Shown: one piece after another, positions 9,401 through 18,046 of the stretch | Position numbering within the stretch: the stretch's first letter is position 1 | Layout of the letters: every line of letters begins with the position of its first letter | Virus record (IMG/VR): IMGVR_UViG_3300032132_000754 | Location: 72,117-136,116 of that record | Reading direction: 5' to 3' (one strand) | Length of the DNA: 64,000 nucleotides | From: a virus | Notes under the pieces: model-generated | Seen by the model: the letters and a program-made list of their open reading frames with translations, nothing else | The model's database searches: none | What the model was told of the DNA's origin: nothing | Translations under genes and position numbers: made by a program

Positions 9401-12400
9401 AGTAGGCACTCCAGAAACCACGATAGCTAATTGTTGAACCCCAACTGCCAAACCAGTAGTCCAAATTGTTTGAGCAAACCCGGAAGAGTTCGTGACGGCC
9501 ATAACAGGCGCTGCAGAACCAAAGTCTGGGATGAAGGTAACGTATTCTCCTTCTACTGGGTTGCCATATTGATCTGTGACCAAAACGACGATCGGAGATG
9601 GCAGCGGGTTCCCAGCGACACCAGATTGGCCGTTACCACCGGCAACACCACTTGTAGATGCAGGACCAGCCTCTGAGGTCGCCCCCGTTGAAATAGATGG
9701 ATTAGATCCGCCTACAACTTGGGCGTCGATTGACTGCCCACCGATGCCAGTTGGCAAAGTCCAGATGACAGAAATTTGTCCATTAACATCTGTGATGCCC
9801 ATGACTGGCGTTACTGTGCCTGATGACGGCACAAAAGTGACGGAAACTCCAGAAGCCGGAACTCCTTGACCATCTGTGACAAAATAAATGATAGCGTCAA
9901 GATCTTCACCAGCAACACCAGTTTGTCCACCACCACTAATGATAGAGATAAATTCTGGGAGACCGGCAAAACTTGGTGGATCCACGAGCTGAATTGGTGT
10001 ACATTCGTCAACAAATTCGCTGCCCATATAAATCATGGTCATGCAACCATAGCCAGCAGCGATGCCGCCTTCAGCAATAACCTGATTTACATCTTCTCCA
10101 AATTTCAATTCAGTAAGAAGAACTCCACCAGCAACACCACCACCTATCATGTTTTCAGCGAAAACACTATTGGCATTTTCACCAAAAGCACTAGCATTAA
10201 GTTCAGAAATGATATTGACAGGAAACAATTGACTTGGGACTGGATCGCCTAAGAACAAGTTTGTAGAATCTTGGTCGTCAATAATCACTAATCCAGGAGT
10301 TTCTGGGTCAGCAATGGAAGTTCCTGGACCGCCGACTACAGTTGTACCCGGATCTTCCGGGTCCAAGCGATTACTACGAGCAGAAACAGTTAATCTATAT
10401 CCACGGCAGTAATCAACACCAGTCATATTGACCATTGAAGTGATCTTAAACGTTGGAGTAGTTGTAATGCTAGGCGGAACTTCAGTAGGAGGAGTCATGC
10501 CTGGGATGTCTTCTGGGACTATCTCGATAGGAACTTCTTCAATTGGCGGAACGATCGACGGCGGCATCTCCTCTTCAGGAGGCACAGAAGAAATAGGAAT
10601 TCCTACATGAATAGTTGTACTAGACCATTCATCATCACGAACTTTAATTTTAGGAACCTGGCTACTAAAGCCTGTTGTAATATCATCGGCGAACGCATAA
10701 GTTCCTGGACCAAACGGACCATCTTCTTGCTCACCAGCAACCATAGTGTTGAACAACAATTGATTATTGCCAATTTCAACGCTTGTATTATTTTGTAGAG
10801 GATCGTGCACCAACGGAGCTTGAACATTTGTTGGAGATTTTAACAGAGATCCCGGCGCGGCATCGCCAAAACTGATAATAACTCGGCCATCGCCAACTGC
10901 ACTCAAAGTAACATTATCTAAGTTATACTTAATAGCATAACTTCCCTTACCCAAAGCACCATCACTAGTGATAGGATTGCCACCGACTACATCGACCATG
11001 GGAGCGAAAGACGGAGCTGGAGGAGGAAGAACAGCACATGGCGGATCTACCACATCTGGAATAGGCGGTTGAATAGGAACTACGACCTGTACAAAGTCAC
11101 TATCTCCTTCACCCCCACCGCCTTCGCCAACCGTTTCACCTGGTTGTGGAGCCGGTGGCTCACTCTCCAAAATAGTCAATTGAGAACCGACCTGAAAAGT
11201 GACAGATGTCGGAATTTCAGTAGTTTCAACAATATCAATGCTAGAGATCGTACCAGTACCATCCGGGTTTTCGATCATAAACGTCGCGCGGACCGCTTCA
11301 GCATCGACGAAAGCACATCCTTCACGCTCGAATATCGCACCACCACAAATATCAGGGTCGAAATCTAACGAAACCGTAATCTCACCATCGCCAGCTAATT
11401 TAACTTCTGCACAGAATTTGTTTTCACTCCCATCAACAACTGATTCTACAGTAGAAAGAGCCTCAGATTGAACTTCAGCATCGGGAATTCCACTTGACTC
11501 TTCTTGTGGCAGAGGTGGAACAAATTCACCTTCAGGGACATTATCATTAACTTCGATTCCCTCGCCAGCATCTACTTCGCCAGAATCATCAAACTGAGGG
11601 CCGATAGAAATGGCCGGATCAGAAAGATCAACTGCATTTTCAGGATCTGTTAAATCGATTGGAGGCATAAGGAAAATGCCATCTTTAACACCACTGAAGA
11701 TTAGATTGTCACATTCACATATACACGGAACGGGAAATGGGATTGGAGCCTTTGGAGACCCCGTAATGCCACATGGCTGATCGCCAACATTTGGGCAGAA
11801 AAAGAAATCTTCCTGGCAACACTGCTCAGGAGGTTTAGGAGTTGTAATGATAGAAAATAAATAATTCGGATCAGTCTGAGTGAACCAATTGAAACGGTAC
11901 TGAGACCATCTACGAGCCTGAACGCAATCCCCAGTAGGCGTCCATAACGGAATCTCTAATGGAGGAACGACATATTCTTTAGGTGCGAATTTGAAAAAAC
12001 CAATGTCTCTAGCATCAGAAATAGAAAATTTAGCGCCAACAAACTCATTAGTAATGATATTGTCGACAGTATCGCCATTAATAGCTGCTAAATTAGCGAC
12101 AGGAACTTCCTCAAATAAGGCATTCTCAAAGATTACAATGTCGTCATTAGCTGCTGCTTTTCGTAGTGATACCACAGCTTGAGTACTTCGGACAGATGGG
12201 TCCTCTAAAATCTGTTCAATTACTTCAACAAACCCTGAACCAGCAGAACCTTGATCACCCTTGGCCCCACGCTGACGTGCTTTATACCGCCAACCGGCCA
12301 GATCAGATCCTTCAATAGTTATAGAACCGAAGAAACGCTTGCTAGTAGACTCATAGTCAGATTCGAAAGTAGTGACTTCAACGTTCAAACTAGCGTCATT

Positions 12401-13285
12401 AATAATAATGGAAGGAGCAGACCCATCAATTGGATGCAGTATTTCTATTAGAATTGCGTCATCATCGTCTGGGCCAAAAAGTCTTAAGGAAATTGGCGTC
12501 TCGATTGGAGTCTCTACCGTAGCATCCCAAGAAAACGCACCGTCTGTAGTTCCAACAGGAAGTTGGAAAACTTCCGCCGCGCCTGGCATCCCCGAAGTAC
12601 CGGTATCACCGACTTCTCCAACAACACCTTTAGGGCCAACGCAGCAGTTACGAATTAACTTCTGGTAAAGACGACCCCTATCAATTTCAATTCGTAAACG
12701 AGTTTGGATTTTCTCCGGTTTGATGATCTTGCCGCGATCACCACCAAAAATGTTGATATTTTCTGATTTTACAATAAATGTTAATTGTGTATTAGAAACG
12801 ATCTCATAATTTCCATGAATCGTTTCTAGAAACAGCCCAGCCCATTCATCGATCTGAATCGGAACATTGATAGACATCGTGATTTTAGCAGTACCGTCAC
12901 CAAGATCAGCAATACGAGCAACAATAATAGATGCCCTGACTTCTTTAGGCTCAGAAGTCCGTTCCGGCGCGAATTTAATAAGATCGTCGCCGGAATGAAA
13001 CAAGTAATAATATGGGTCTTCTACGTCAGTAGCCAACTTGAACTTACTGAAATCGAAACCTTGTTCAATTAGCTCTTGTAGGAGAGCTAGCTTACGATAT
13101 AATTCTGGCGAAACCAAACCGTCTGTAGTAGGATCGACGATTTCTGGAACAGGTACAACACCAATGTTTACCCATTCTCTCTTTTCAGCGTTATATTCAT
13201 ATATGATACCACTGCTGGTGATAACTTGATCACCATCTTTGTTGCCAAATGAAGGCAGTTTTGGTTTGAATGTAGGGTCGGCCAT
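6443..13285 (-). CDS. giant (~2280 aa) putative tail/virion protein with tandem Big-1 (invasin-like Ig) domains
   Basis: About 8 repeats of SGxGQ...L.V.V.D..GNPV.G..V.F/W...T...G.A..W.LG in the C-terminal half. Short collagen stretches and Cys clusters lie in the N-terminal half. Confidence 0.8.
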   Translation of the reverse strand: MADPTFKPKLPSFGNKDGDQVITSSGIIYEYNAEKREWVNIGVVPVPEIVDPTTDGLVSPELYRKLALLQELIEQGFDFSKFKLATDVEDPYYYLFHSGDDLIKFAPERTSEPKEVRASIIVARIADLGDGTAKITMSINVPIQIDEWAGLFLETIHGNYEIVSNTQLTFIVKSENINIFGGDRGKIIKPEKIQTRLRIEIDRGRLYQKLIRNCCVGPKGVVGEVGDTGTSGMPGAAEVFQLPVGTTDGAFSWDATVETPIETPISLRLFGPDDDDAILIEILHPIDGSAPSIIINDASLNVEVTTFESDYESTSKRFFGSITIEGSDLAGWRYKARQRGAKGDQGSAGSGFVEVIEQILEDPSVRSTQAVVSLRKAAANDDIVIFENALFEEVPVANLAAINGDTVDNIITNEFVGAKFSISDARDIGFFKFAPKEYVVPPLEIPLWTPTGDCVQARRWSQYRFNWFTQTDPNYLFSIITTPKPPEQCCQEDFFFCPNVGDQPCGITGSPKAPIPFPVPCICECDNLIFSGVKDGIFLMPPIDLTDPENAVDLSDPAISIGPQFDDSGEVDAGEGIEVNDNVPEGEFVPPLPQEESSGIPDAEVQSEALSTVESVVDGSENKFCAEVKLAGDGEITVSLDFDPDICGGAIFEREGCAFVDAEAVRATFMIENPDGTGTISSIDIVETTEIPTSVTFQVGSQLTILESEPPAPQPGETVGEGGGGEGDSDFVQVVVPIQPPIPDVVDPPCAVLPPPAPSFAPMVDVVGGNPITSDGALGKGSYAIKYNLDNVTLSAVGDGRVIISFGDAAPGSLLKSPTNVQAPLVHDPLQNNTSVEIGNNQLLFNTMVAGEQEDGPFGPGTYAFADDITTGFSSQVPKIKVRDDEWSSTTIHVGIPISSVPPEEEMPPSIVPPIEEVPIEIVPEDIPGMTPPTEVPPSITTTPTFKITSMVNMTGVDYCRGYRLTVSARSNRLDPEDPGTTVVGGPGTSIADPETPGLVIIDDQDSTNLFLGDPVPSQLFPVNIISELNASAFGENANSVFAENMIGGGVAGGVLLTELKFGEDVNQVIAEGGIAAGYGCMTMIYMGSEFVDECTPIQLVDPPSFAGLPEFISIISGGGQTGVAGEDLDAIIYFVTDGQGVPASGVSVTFVPSSGTVTPVMGITDVNGQISVIWTLPTGIGGQSIDAQVVGGSNPSISTGATSEAGPASTSGVAGGNGQSGVAGNPLPSPIVVLVTDQYGNPVEGEYVTFIPDFGSAAPVMAVTNSSGFAQTIWTTGLAVGVQQLAIVVSGVPTIQATSTATPAIGVPDDISLISGDGQSQTVNQIPGTALEVLVVDGALNPVVGATVLWGVTGGGGSVTASSLTNGFGIASIADWQLGTASGSNTLEATVSGFPLSGSVGFTATGDPDVPTSMVLVSGDGQSAQVSVALGSPLVVRLMDTFGNYNVGESVNWAVSGGAGSITPSSLTNSMGEASATWTMGAGVGPGTAEASFGALPDVGFTATATPMTGTPDNISLVAGSGQMQVVNQIPGIALEVLVVDAGLLPVVGATVLWNVTMGGGSVTASSLTNGFGIASIADWQLGTVTGSNFLQATVSGFPVAGSVGFPATGTPDVPVNVALLTGDSNGGTVGGALFSDMRVFIRDQFMNAVGSGHTVDWAVTNGAAVLDGATSVTDIFGIAENNLTLDNLVSNAPDVEASVSGGVSTYEFTSLVPLPDVPDNVATSSGTGQSAVVGGALGSAMGVFVTDQFGNPVGSGETVDWAVTGGVAVLDSATSVTNGSSIATNNLTLDNLVSNQPTIEASVSGGATSDTFSPTSLPDVAVDGGTSVTSAIPSTGGSIILVPVIQIGGNYAPFNYGEFDLGRNPFMSISPPDACAFDHWHGTTDLLDGTNVLDPLPGGCGHGTKVATASGIISDLGTPDGAGLPEMLIAVDSTDMATWEAGGAGAKPDISSGVMVAVVADGVQTHSVTVVVGDTHGNPVAGETVSLSSSVGADTVSAPAVTNAAGEATFTISTTQTGSAPGGAAVTRTFSANVTSGFGAVTDVSMADFHAGAPVDAGSSVAAPAGTVITDETDSKTVTITLVDANGNPTPDMLVDTFSTGLNNTFTPSGIQNTNASGQVVLGMVSQTPGVKTVNGFTNGTFSPTANASVTFVQGTFTVSAVAGDTPAVGSFRFTFTTDFTIPDDAVMNFEFGGGDGSAFSLASETGITWTASDGTEVGLRFNIPVGLMITRQGDGTPIGPGAHTVDITNCVVGTGTCTFTMEFGNGFDITAPLGVAY
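7900..9320 (-). repeat. internally duplicated Ig-domain coding repeats
   Basis: ~8540-8705 vs ~9150-9315, and ~7900-8060 vs ~8200-8350, encode near-identical peptides with mostly synonymous differences. Confidence 0.8.
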
Positions 13286-13296
13286 CAACCTTATAT

Positions 13297-14358
13297 TTAC
13301 TTAAGGATATGTGCTGTGCCTTCACGTTGAGCAGAAGGGGTACGGCGTTCAACCCGCAACACATTATCCATACGCTTATTATGCAGATCTTCAATACTAC
13401 GAACTCCCATATCTTGAAAGGAGTATTGAAGAGCGCACTTAAGATAAAGCATTAAATCACCAACGTTGCCCGTAGGCTCTACAGTTGTGCTAACGCCCTG
13501 GGCCACTACTTGAGTTCCATATCGGCCATTGCCGCCGCTCGTTAGAACTTCTTTACTAGCCATTCCGCGATAAACTTTTCGATGATTTTCCCAACCAGGA
13601 GCCTCATTACAACCAGCCACCATACTGCCCATCATGACAGTACTAGCGCCAAGAAGTAAAGCTTTAGCGATATGACCAGAATTTTTAATGCCGCCATCAG
13701 CAATAACAGGGACCCCAGCCTCTCTGGCCACCCTAGCACAATGATGTACTGCAGTAGCTTGAGCACGACCAACGGCCATCATTTCCTGGGTAGTACAAAT
13801 GCTACCCGGACCCATTCCGACTCGAATTGCGTCAGCTCCGGCAGCGATTAAACCGCGTGTCTGATAACTAGTAACCACGTTACCAGCGATAACGTCAACG
13901 CCAGGGAAATTATCTTTGATATACTTAATGGTATTAAGCTGGAAGAGAGACCAACCATGAGCAGCATCGATAAGAACAACACGAGCCCCCGCATCAACCA
14001 CAAGCCCAATCCTATCACGATCATCCTCCCTAGTGCTAACAGCCGCTCCGACTAACAAACCACGACTTTTAGCCACAATAGAAACTTCTATAGCTTGCTC
14101 TTCAGCAGTCAAATTACTATGGATAATGCCAACACCACCAACTTCGCCCATACCAATACCCATACTAGCGTCGGTTACCGTATCCATAGGACTGCTAATG
14201 AAGGGAAGCTCGATCTCGATGTTTTTAGTTAGTTTGGTTTTGAAATGAACTTCTTCTCTAGGAAAATCGACAAAACCTGGAAGAACGATGAAATCGTCAT
14301 AGGTAAAACCAGGTGCTCCATTCTTAAAAAGTTCACTTATTGAGTTACCATCTTGCAT
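13297..14358 (-). CDS. guaB: IMP dehydrogenase (CBS-less, eukaryote-type signature)
   Basis: SSPMDTVT, AGNVVT, RVGMGPGSICTTQ (catalytic Cys), IADGGI, YRGMAS, VAQGVS. Start MQDG follows GGGAGG. Confidence 0.93.
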   Translation of the reverse strand: MQDGNSISELFKNGAPGFTYDDFIVLPGFVDFPREEVHFKTKLTKNIEIELPFISSPMDTVTDASMGIGMGEVGGVGIIHSNLTAEEQAIEVSIVAKSRGLLVGAAVSTREDDRDRIGLVVDAGARVVLIDAAHGWSLFQLNTIKYIKDNFPGVDVIAGNVVTSYQTRGLIAAGADAIRVGMGPGSICTTQEMMAVGRAQATAVHHCARVAREAGVPVIADGGIKNSGHIAKALLLGASTVMMGSMVAGCNEAPGWENHRKVYRGMASKEVLTSGGNGRYGTQVVAQGVSTTVEPTGNVGDLMLYLKCALQYSFQDMGVRSIEDLHNKRMDNVLRVERRTPSAQREGTAHILK

Positions 14359-14374
14359 ATCGCCCTCCCGCGCC

Positions 14375-14707
14375 CTAAATAGAAAAGCTAGTACCGCAAC
14401 CGCAAGTACCAGAACTGTTCGGGTTGTTAAATACCAAACGATGACCAAGATTCTCTTCTACTAAATCGACAGACATACCGTCTAAAAACATGAGAGATTT
14501 TTTATCAACAACTATTCTCACGCCTTCCGACAAGAAGACCTTATCATCCTTTTTAGGCAGTTCGAAAACGCGAGACGCATGTTCCATCTCTACCCCATAT
14601 TCGAACCCGGAACAACCACCACCAGTTACATTAAATCTCACCCCGCCGAGGGGGGAAAGTAGCTTGGCTTTAATGAAATTCGCTGCTGCTTCTGTAAGTG
14701 TTACCAT
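14375..14707 (-). CDS. iscA: A-type Fe-S cluster carrier (IscA/ErpA/HesB family)
   Basis: MVTLTEAAA, GGGCSGFEY, FNNPNSSGTCGCGTSF. Confidence 0.93.
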   Translation of the reverse strand: MVTLTEAAANFIKAKLLSPLGGVRFNVTGGGCSGFEYGVEMEHASRVFELPKKDDKVFLSEGVRIVVDKKSLMFLDGMSVDLVEENLGHRLVFNNPNSSGTCGCGTSFSI

Positions 14708-14712
14708 TTATG

Positions 14713-14744
14713 TTAGATACGGGGTGGGGAAAAGTCGTATCTAA
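14713..14744. promoter_or_regulatory. back-to-back GTATCTAA promoter-like motifs (divergent)
   Basis: GTTAGATACG-N14-CGTATCTAAC. The - copy is 13 nt before the iscA ATG; the + copy points into the 14750-15500 region. Confidence 0.6.
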
Positions 14745-14749
14745 CGTAT

Positions 14750-15500
14750 GTTGCGAGTGTCCAATATGCTCAGTGACATGAGAAATCCAAGTGGGATAGA
14801 GGCACCAGGTTCATTTTAAGGTTTTGGCCTGGCCAGTATACTGGTTTACCCAGTCATACCCAACCTCCATAGTGGAGGAAACTAAAGCAAAGAGCAATAG
14901 TTCATTTCTCGGTTTTATTACAACAAATCAACGGCTACGGCTGTTGGTGATCCCGACGTACTATGACAATTTTAAACTACAACAATAACATGAGCCAAAA
15001 AGCAATTAAAGCTAAAAATCAGCAAAAAGCAAAAGGTCCATATATCTATCAAAGTATCTGCGAATGTTATAAAAAGTCAAGAGTTAGCGCAAGCGTCAAT
15101 ATAAAATTGTTGGGATGTGTGATGAGAACAGAGATGGTGGGGGTCCAACACGGCAACGTGCTCTGGATAAGAACGTTACGAGCGTTCACGTCATTCTGCC
15201 TCCACTTGGTAGGACTGCCACATATAAAGGCAAGCCTAATGTGCGATAGTGATCAAGAATTCATAAACAGAAAAACGCTAGATGCTGTACGGTCTGAAAA
15301 GCCACTCGTCACTGCCCAAAAGGTAGTGGTGTCTAGTAGACCTGTGGATGGGATTCTTAACTCCATTAATTATAGAGGGAAGTCAGCTCGTGGTTTGGAC
15401 GCCATGGGGTTATTAACAGGTTCAGTACTTCGTTAATTCTGATTCTTCTTTTCTCTCTTATTTATTGGGGCGTCACTGGGGAAACCTTTGTATCCAAACA
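14750..15500 (+). ncRNA. candidate large structured RNA (unassigned family)
   Basis: Largest gap without a recognisable gene. It contains a cUACGg hairpin (14927-14948), GNRA hairpins (15149-15160, 15479-15486), further stems with G-U pairs valid on the + strand, and long-range helices. It lies directly downstream of a promoter-like motif. Confidence 0.4.
14963..15436 (+). CDS. doubtful 157-aa ORF overlapping the candidate structured RNA
   Basis: Open frame only; no recognisable motif or clear SD. Confidence 0.25.
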   Translation: MTILNYNNNMSQKAIKAKNQQKAKGPYIYQSICECYKKSRVSASVNIKLLGCVMRTEMVGVQHGNVLWIRTLRAFTSFCLHLVGLPHIKASLMCDSDQEFINRKTLDAVRSEKPLVTAQKVVVSSRPVDGILNSINYRGKSARGLDAMGLLTGSVLR

Positions 15501-15592
15501 ATAAACACAATTAATTATAATAACTTTCTCAATAAATACATAAATAACACTGAAAGGCATTTAGCCATTTCAAACGTATTACAGAGGTTGTT

Positions 15593-16972
15593 ATGGCAAG
15601 CGGATTATTCAACATCGTCAATGTTATTAATAATGGGGGATTGCCCTCAGCTTATACCCTAACGACATCATCCATAGCTGGGATCGCATTAAACGACCAC
15701 ATCGGAGCGCAGCTAGCAGGCGGAAGAGGATCAGTTTACAAGGTTAGTAGCATTATCGGGCCTACAACCATCATCGTAGAAGATCTCTTAACAGAAGGCA
15801 ACGACGGCAGCGCCGAGTTTGGCCCCCCAGCGCTCGGTCCCGCATCTTTTGAGACTCCGGAGCCTAACAAAGGTTTATCACAAATTCCGTTTGGGTCCCC
15901 AGGTTGGGACGCTGTAATTCGCAGAAATTACGCCGTGTTAGATGTCACTATTGGCACTACCGGCCCAGAAGGTCCGGCGGGCCCTGTAGGAGTTGGTAAC
16001 ACTGGCGGAACTGGAGTCGTTGGCCCTACTGGCAACTCTGGGACCACTGGACCTACTGGTGGCGGAATTACTGGTGGTACGGGCGGCACCGGAGGGACTG
16101 GAGGCACCGGAGGGACTGGAGCTGCTGGTACAAATGGGACGGATGGGACTACCGGACCAACGGGCGCTGGCGGAGATACTGGGCCGACAGGCGCTGGGCC
16201 TACAGGAGCTACTGGTCCCGCTGGCGCACCAACTGGCACGACAGGCCCAACTGGTGCAGATGGGACTACTGGACCAACAGGCGCAGATGGCATCACTGGC
16301 CCTACCGGAACTGTAGGTATCACCGGCCCGACAGGTGCAGATTCAACTGTCGTTGGTCCCACGGGCGCTGATGGCATCACTGGCCCTACCGGAGCAGATT
16401 CGACCGTTGTTGGTCCAACCGGAGCTACTGGAGCTGGTACTACAGGTCCTACTGGAGCAGATTCGACCGTTGTTGGCCCAACTGGACCAACTGGCGCACA
16501 AGGGACACAAGGCATCCAGGGAATTCAAGGCATCCAGGGAATCGTTGGTCCCACAGGATCAGGCGCTACATCTCTTAGCATCAGAATCATTACTGGCGAT
16601 ACTACATTGTTGTCTAGTGACGATGTCATTATTAATCATACTACGGCTGGTTTTAGTACAACTGTTACGCTTCCTAGGGCTAATACCATGCCGGTTAAGC
16701 AGTATTATTTTAAAAACGCGAATAACCAAATCAATCCTGCAACCACAACTCTATTGGGTCTGGTTGTTACAGCCGGTGATAGAATTGATACAACTAACCC
16801 ATTGTTGACAGCTTGTAGCTTAAGAACTGGAAGTGGTGGGGCTAATAACGGTACAGCAGGCGTCATTCTAATACCAGATGCTGCCAATAATAGATGGTTA
16901 ATCTTCGGCAATTACGATCCTAGGACCAACATCGGTACCGCTGGCGCACATGCTGGCGCTAACCTAAATTAA
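15593..16972 (+). CDS. collagen-like (G-P-T/G-A-T/G-I-Q) tail-fibre protein
   Basis: ~200 aa of interrupted G-X-Y repeats. The C-terminal TVTLP...YYFKN domain is typical of fibre proteins. AGAGG SD. Confidence 0.85.
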   Translation: MASGLFNIVNVINNGGLPSAYTLTTSSIAGIALNDHIGAQLAGGRGSVYKVSSIIGPTTIIVEDLLTEGNDGSAEFGPPALGPASFETPEPNKGLSQIPFGSPGWDAVIRRNYAVLDVTIGTTGPEGPAGPVGVGNTGGTGVVGPTGNSGTTGPTGGGITGGTGGTGGTGGTGGTGAAGTNGTDGTTGPTGAGGDTGPTGAGPTGATGPAGAPTGTTGPTGADGTTGPTGADGITGPTGTVGITGPTGADSTVVGPTGADGITGPTGADSTVVGPTGATGAGTTGPTGADSTVVGPTGPTGAQGTQGIQGIQGIQGIVGPTGSGATSLSIRIITGDTTLLSSDDVIINHTTAGFSTTVTLPRANTMPVKQYYFKNANNQINPATTTLLGLVVTAGDRIDTTNPLLTACSLRTGSGGANNGTAGVILIPDAANNRWLIFGNYDPRTNIGTAGAHAGANLN

Positions 16973-17008
16973 AACCGTACGTAGATATTACAAATCGAGG
17001 GTTTTAAC

Positions 17009-17383
17009 ATGAAAGTTACCACACGTCAAATTCTTAGCTCGGTCGAGCCCTTAAACAAGCTTATTAACGAAAAGCTTCCGGCTCGGGTTGCGTTTCGCGT
17101 AGCTCAAGTATCTCGTCAACTTGATAACCACCTTCAGGATTATAACAAGACGTTAGTTAAGTTGCAACAGGAGCATTGTTCTAAGGACCACGAAGGAAAT
17201 ATGGTCAAGGATGAACAAGGCATCATTAAATTTGATGATCGAGAAGCTTTCCAAAAGGAACACGAGGAGCTTCTCGAATGCAACGTAGAAGTTAATGGAA
17301 AGCCATTGAAGCTAGATCAGTTATCTTCTGTTAAGTTAGAACCTGTTATTTTCTATCATCTTGACTGGTTTGTACAGGAATAA
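17009..17383 (+). CDS. conserved phage hypothetical protein
   Basis: 124 aa, GAGG SD, GTAGATAT motif upstream. Confidence 0.7.
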   Translation: MKVTTRQILSSVEPLNKLINEKLPARVAFRVAQVSRQLDNHLQDYNKTLVKLQQEHCSKDHEGNMVKDEQGIIKFDDREAFQKEHEELLECNVEVNGKPLKLDQLSSVKLEPVIFYHLDWFVQE

Positions 17384-17433
17384 TGCGTTTCTCAAGTGCT
17401 CGGTATCTAAAAAATAAAGGAGCGGAGCACTTG

Positions 17434-17781
17434 ATGTCCAAAAAACGAGCGACTCACCTGAAAATCGATACTAATGATGCCCAGGTTGTAGCTAAGTGGT
17501 TCGAATTTCAAGAAAAAAATCATCCAGAAGACAAATCAACATCTATTAAAGACCAAGATATTGAGTTGTTAACTTCTATAAATAGATGCATTGACAGAAT
17601 CCAATCTGAGCCAGACAAATGGTCGGCCATTAAATTAACTCCGAAATATTGTCAGATCGCCTTGGATTGGTTCCAAAACATACCAGAGTGTGTAGCAGAC
17701 AAGCTTGATGCTGATATTCATGCTCAATTGGGGTTATTTTTAGATGAGTATTACTCTGGCCCAGACCAAATTGATCTCTAA
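17434..17781 (+). CDS. hypothetical protein with internal duplication
   Basis: Two similar halves (LKIDTNDAQVVAKWFEF / IKLTPKYCQIALDWFQN). GTATCTAA at 17403 and GGAG before the ATG. Confidence 0.6.
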   Translation: MSKKRATHLKIDTNDAQVVAKWFEFQEKNHPEDKSTSIKDQDIELLTSINRCIDRIQSEPDKWSAIKLTPKYCQIALDWFQNIPECVADKLDADIHAQLGLFLDEYYSGPDQIDL

Positions 17782-18034
17782 CGATGAAGCTGCAGAACTT
17801 TTAACTGAAGCTTTGGAGCAATTTAAAGACGATAATGGCAAAATTGATGTTGCCGTAGCAGCAGCTACGATATATGAAAATCCACTTATCCTCGAAAATC
17901 CCGGAACGTGGCGTTGGCAACTAAAAGTCATTGAAAACGCTATTTCATGCCCAACTGCGTGCCATCATCATTATCGTCTCTGGGAATGGCTCGGGTTTAA
18001 GAAAGTTTTGGCATTCGAGCAAATTGCTGATTAG
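17744..18034 (+). CDS. hypothetical protein
   Basis: 96-aa ORF in an operon-like arrangement. Confidence 0.55.
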   Translation: MSITLAQTKLISNDEAAELLTEALEQFKDDNGKIDVAVAAATIYENPLILENPGTWRWQLKVIENAISCPTACHHHYRLWEWLGFKKVLAFEQIAD

Positions 18035-18041
18035 TATCTAA
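18034..18041 (+). promoter_or_regulatory. GTATYTAA promoter-like motif (class 1 representative)
   Basis: The motif or a close variant begins exactly 13 nt before the ATG at 14720(-), 18034, 20494, 28867, 39020, 43898, 51129 and 52091. Confidence 0.65.
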
Positions 18042-18046
18042 ACGAT

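Noticed and set aside
14870-15390. RNase P RNA, tmRNA or group II intron (GGAGGAAAC, AACAGAAAAACGCTA, GAGGGAAGTC, GTGCG, GTACGGTCT fragments)
   Set aside because: The P4 halves cannot pair or are in the wrong order, there are no tRNA-like ends, and there is no complete domain V. The region is left as an unassigned candidate.
15928-16808. Alternative-frame and antisense ORFs over collagen, Gly-rich and Ig genes (e.g. 15928..16515 -, 3549..3932 +, many in 6.4-13.2 kb and 53-61 kb)
   Set aside because: These are shadow frames caused by stop-poor repetitive codons on the real strand; they have no independent signals.
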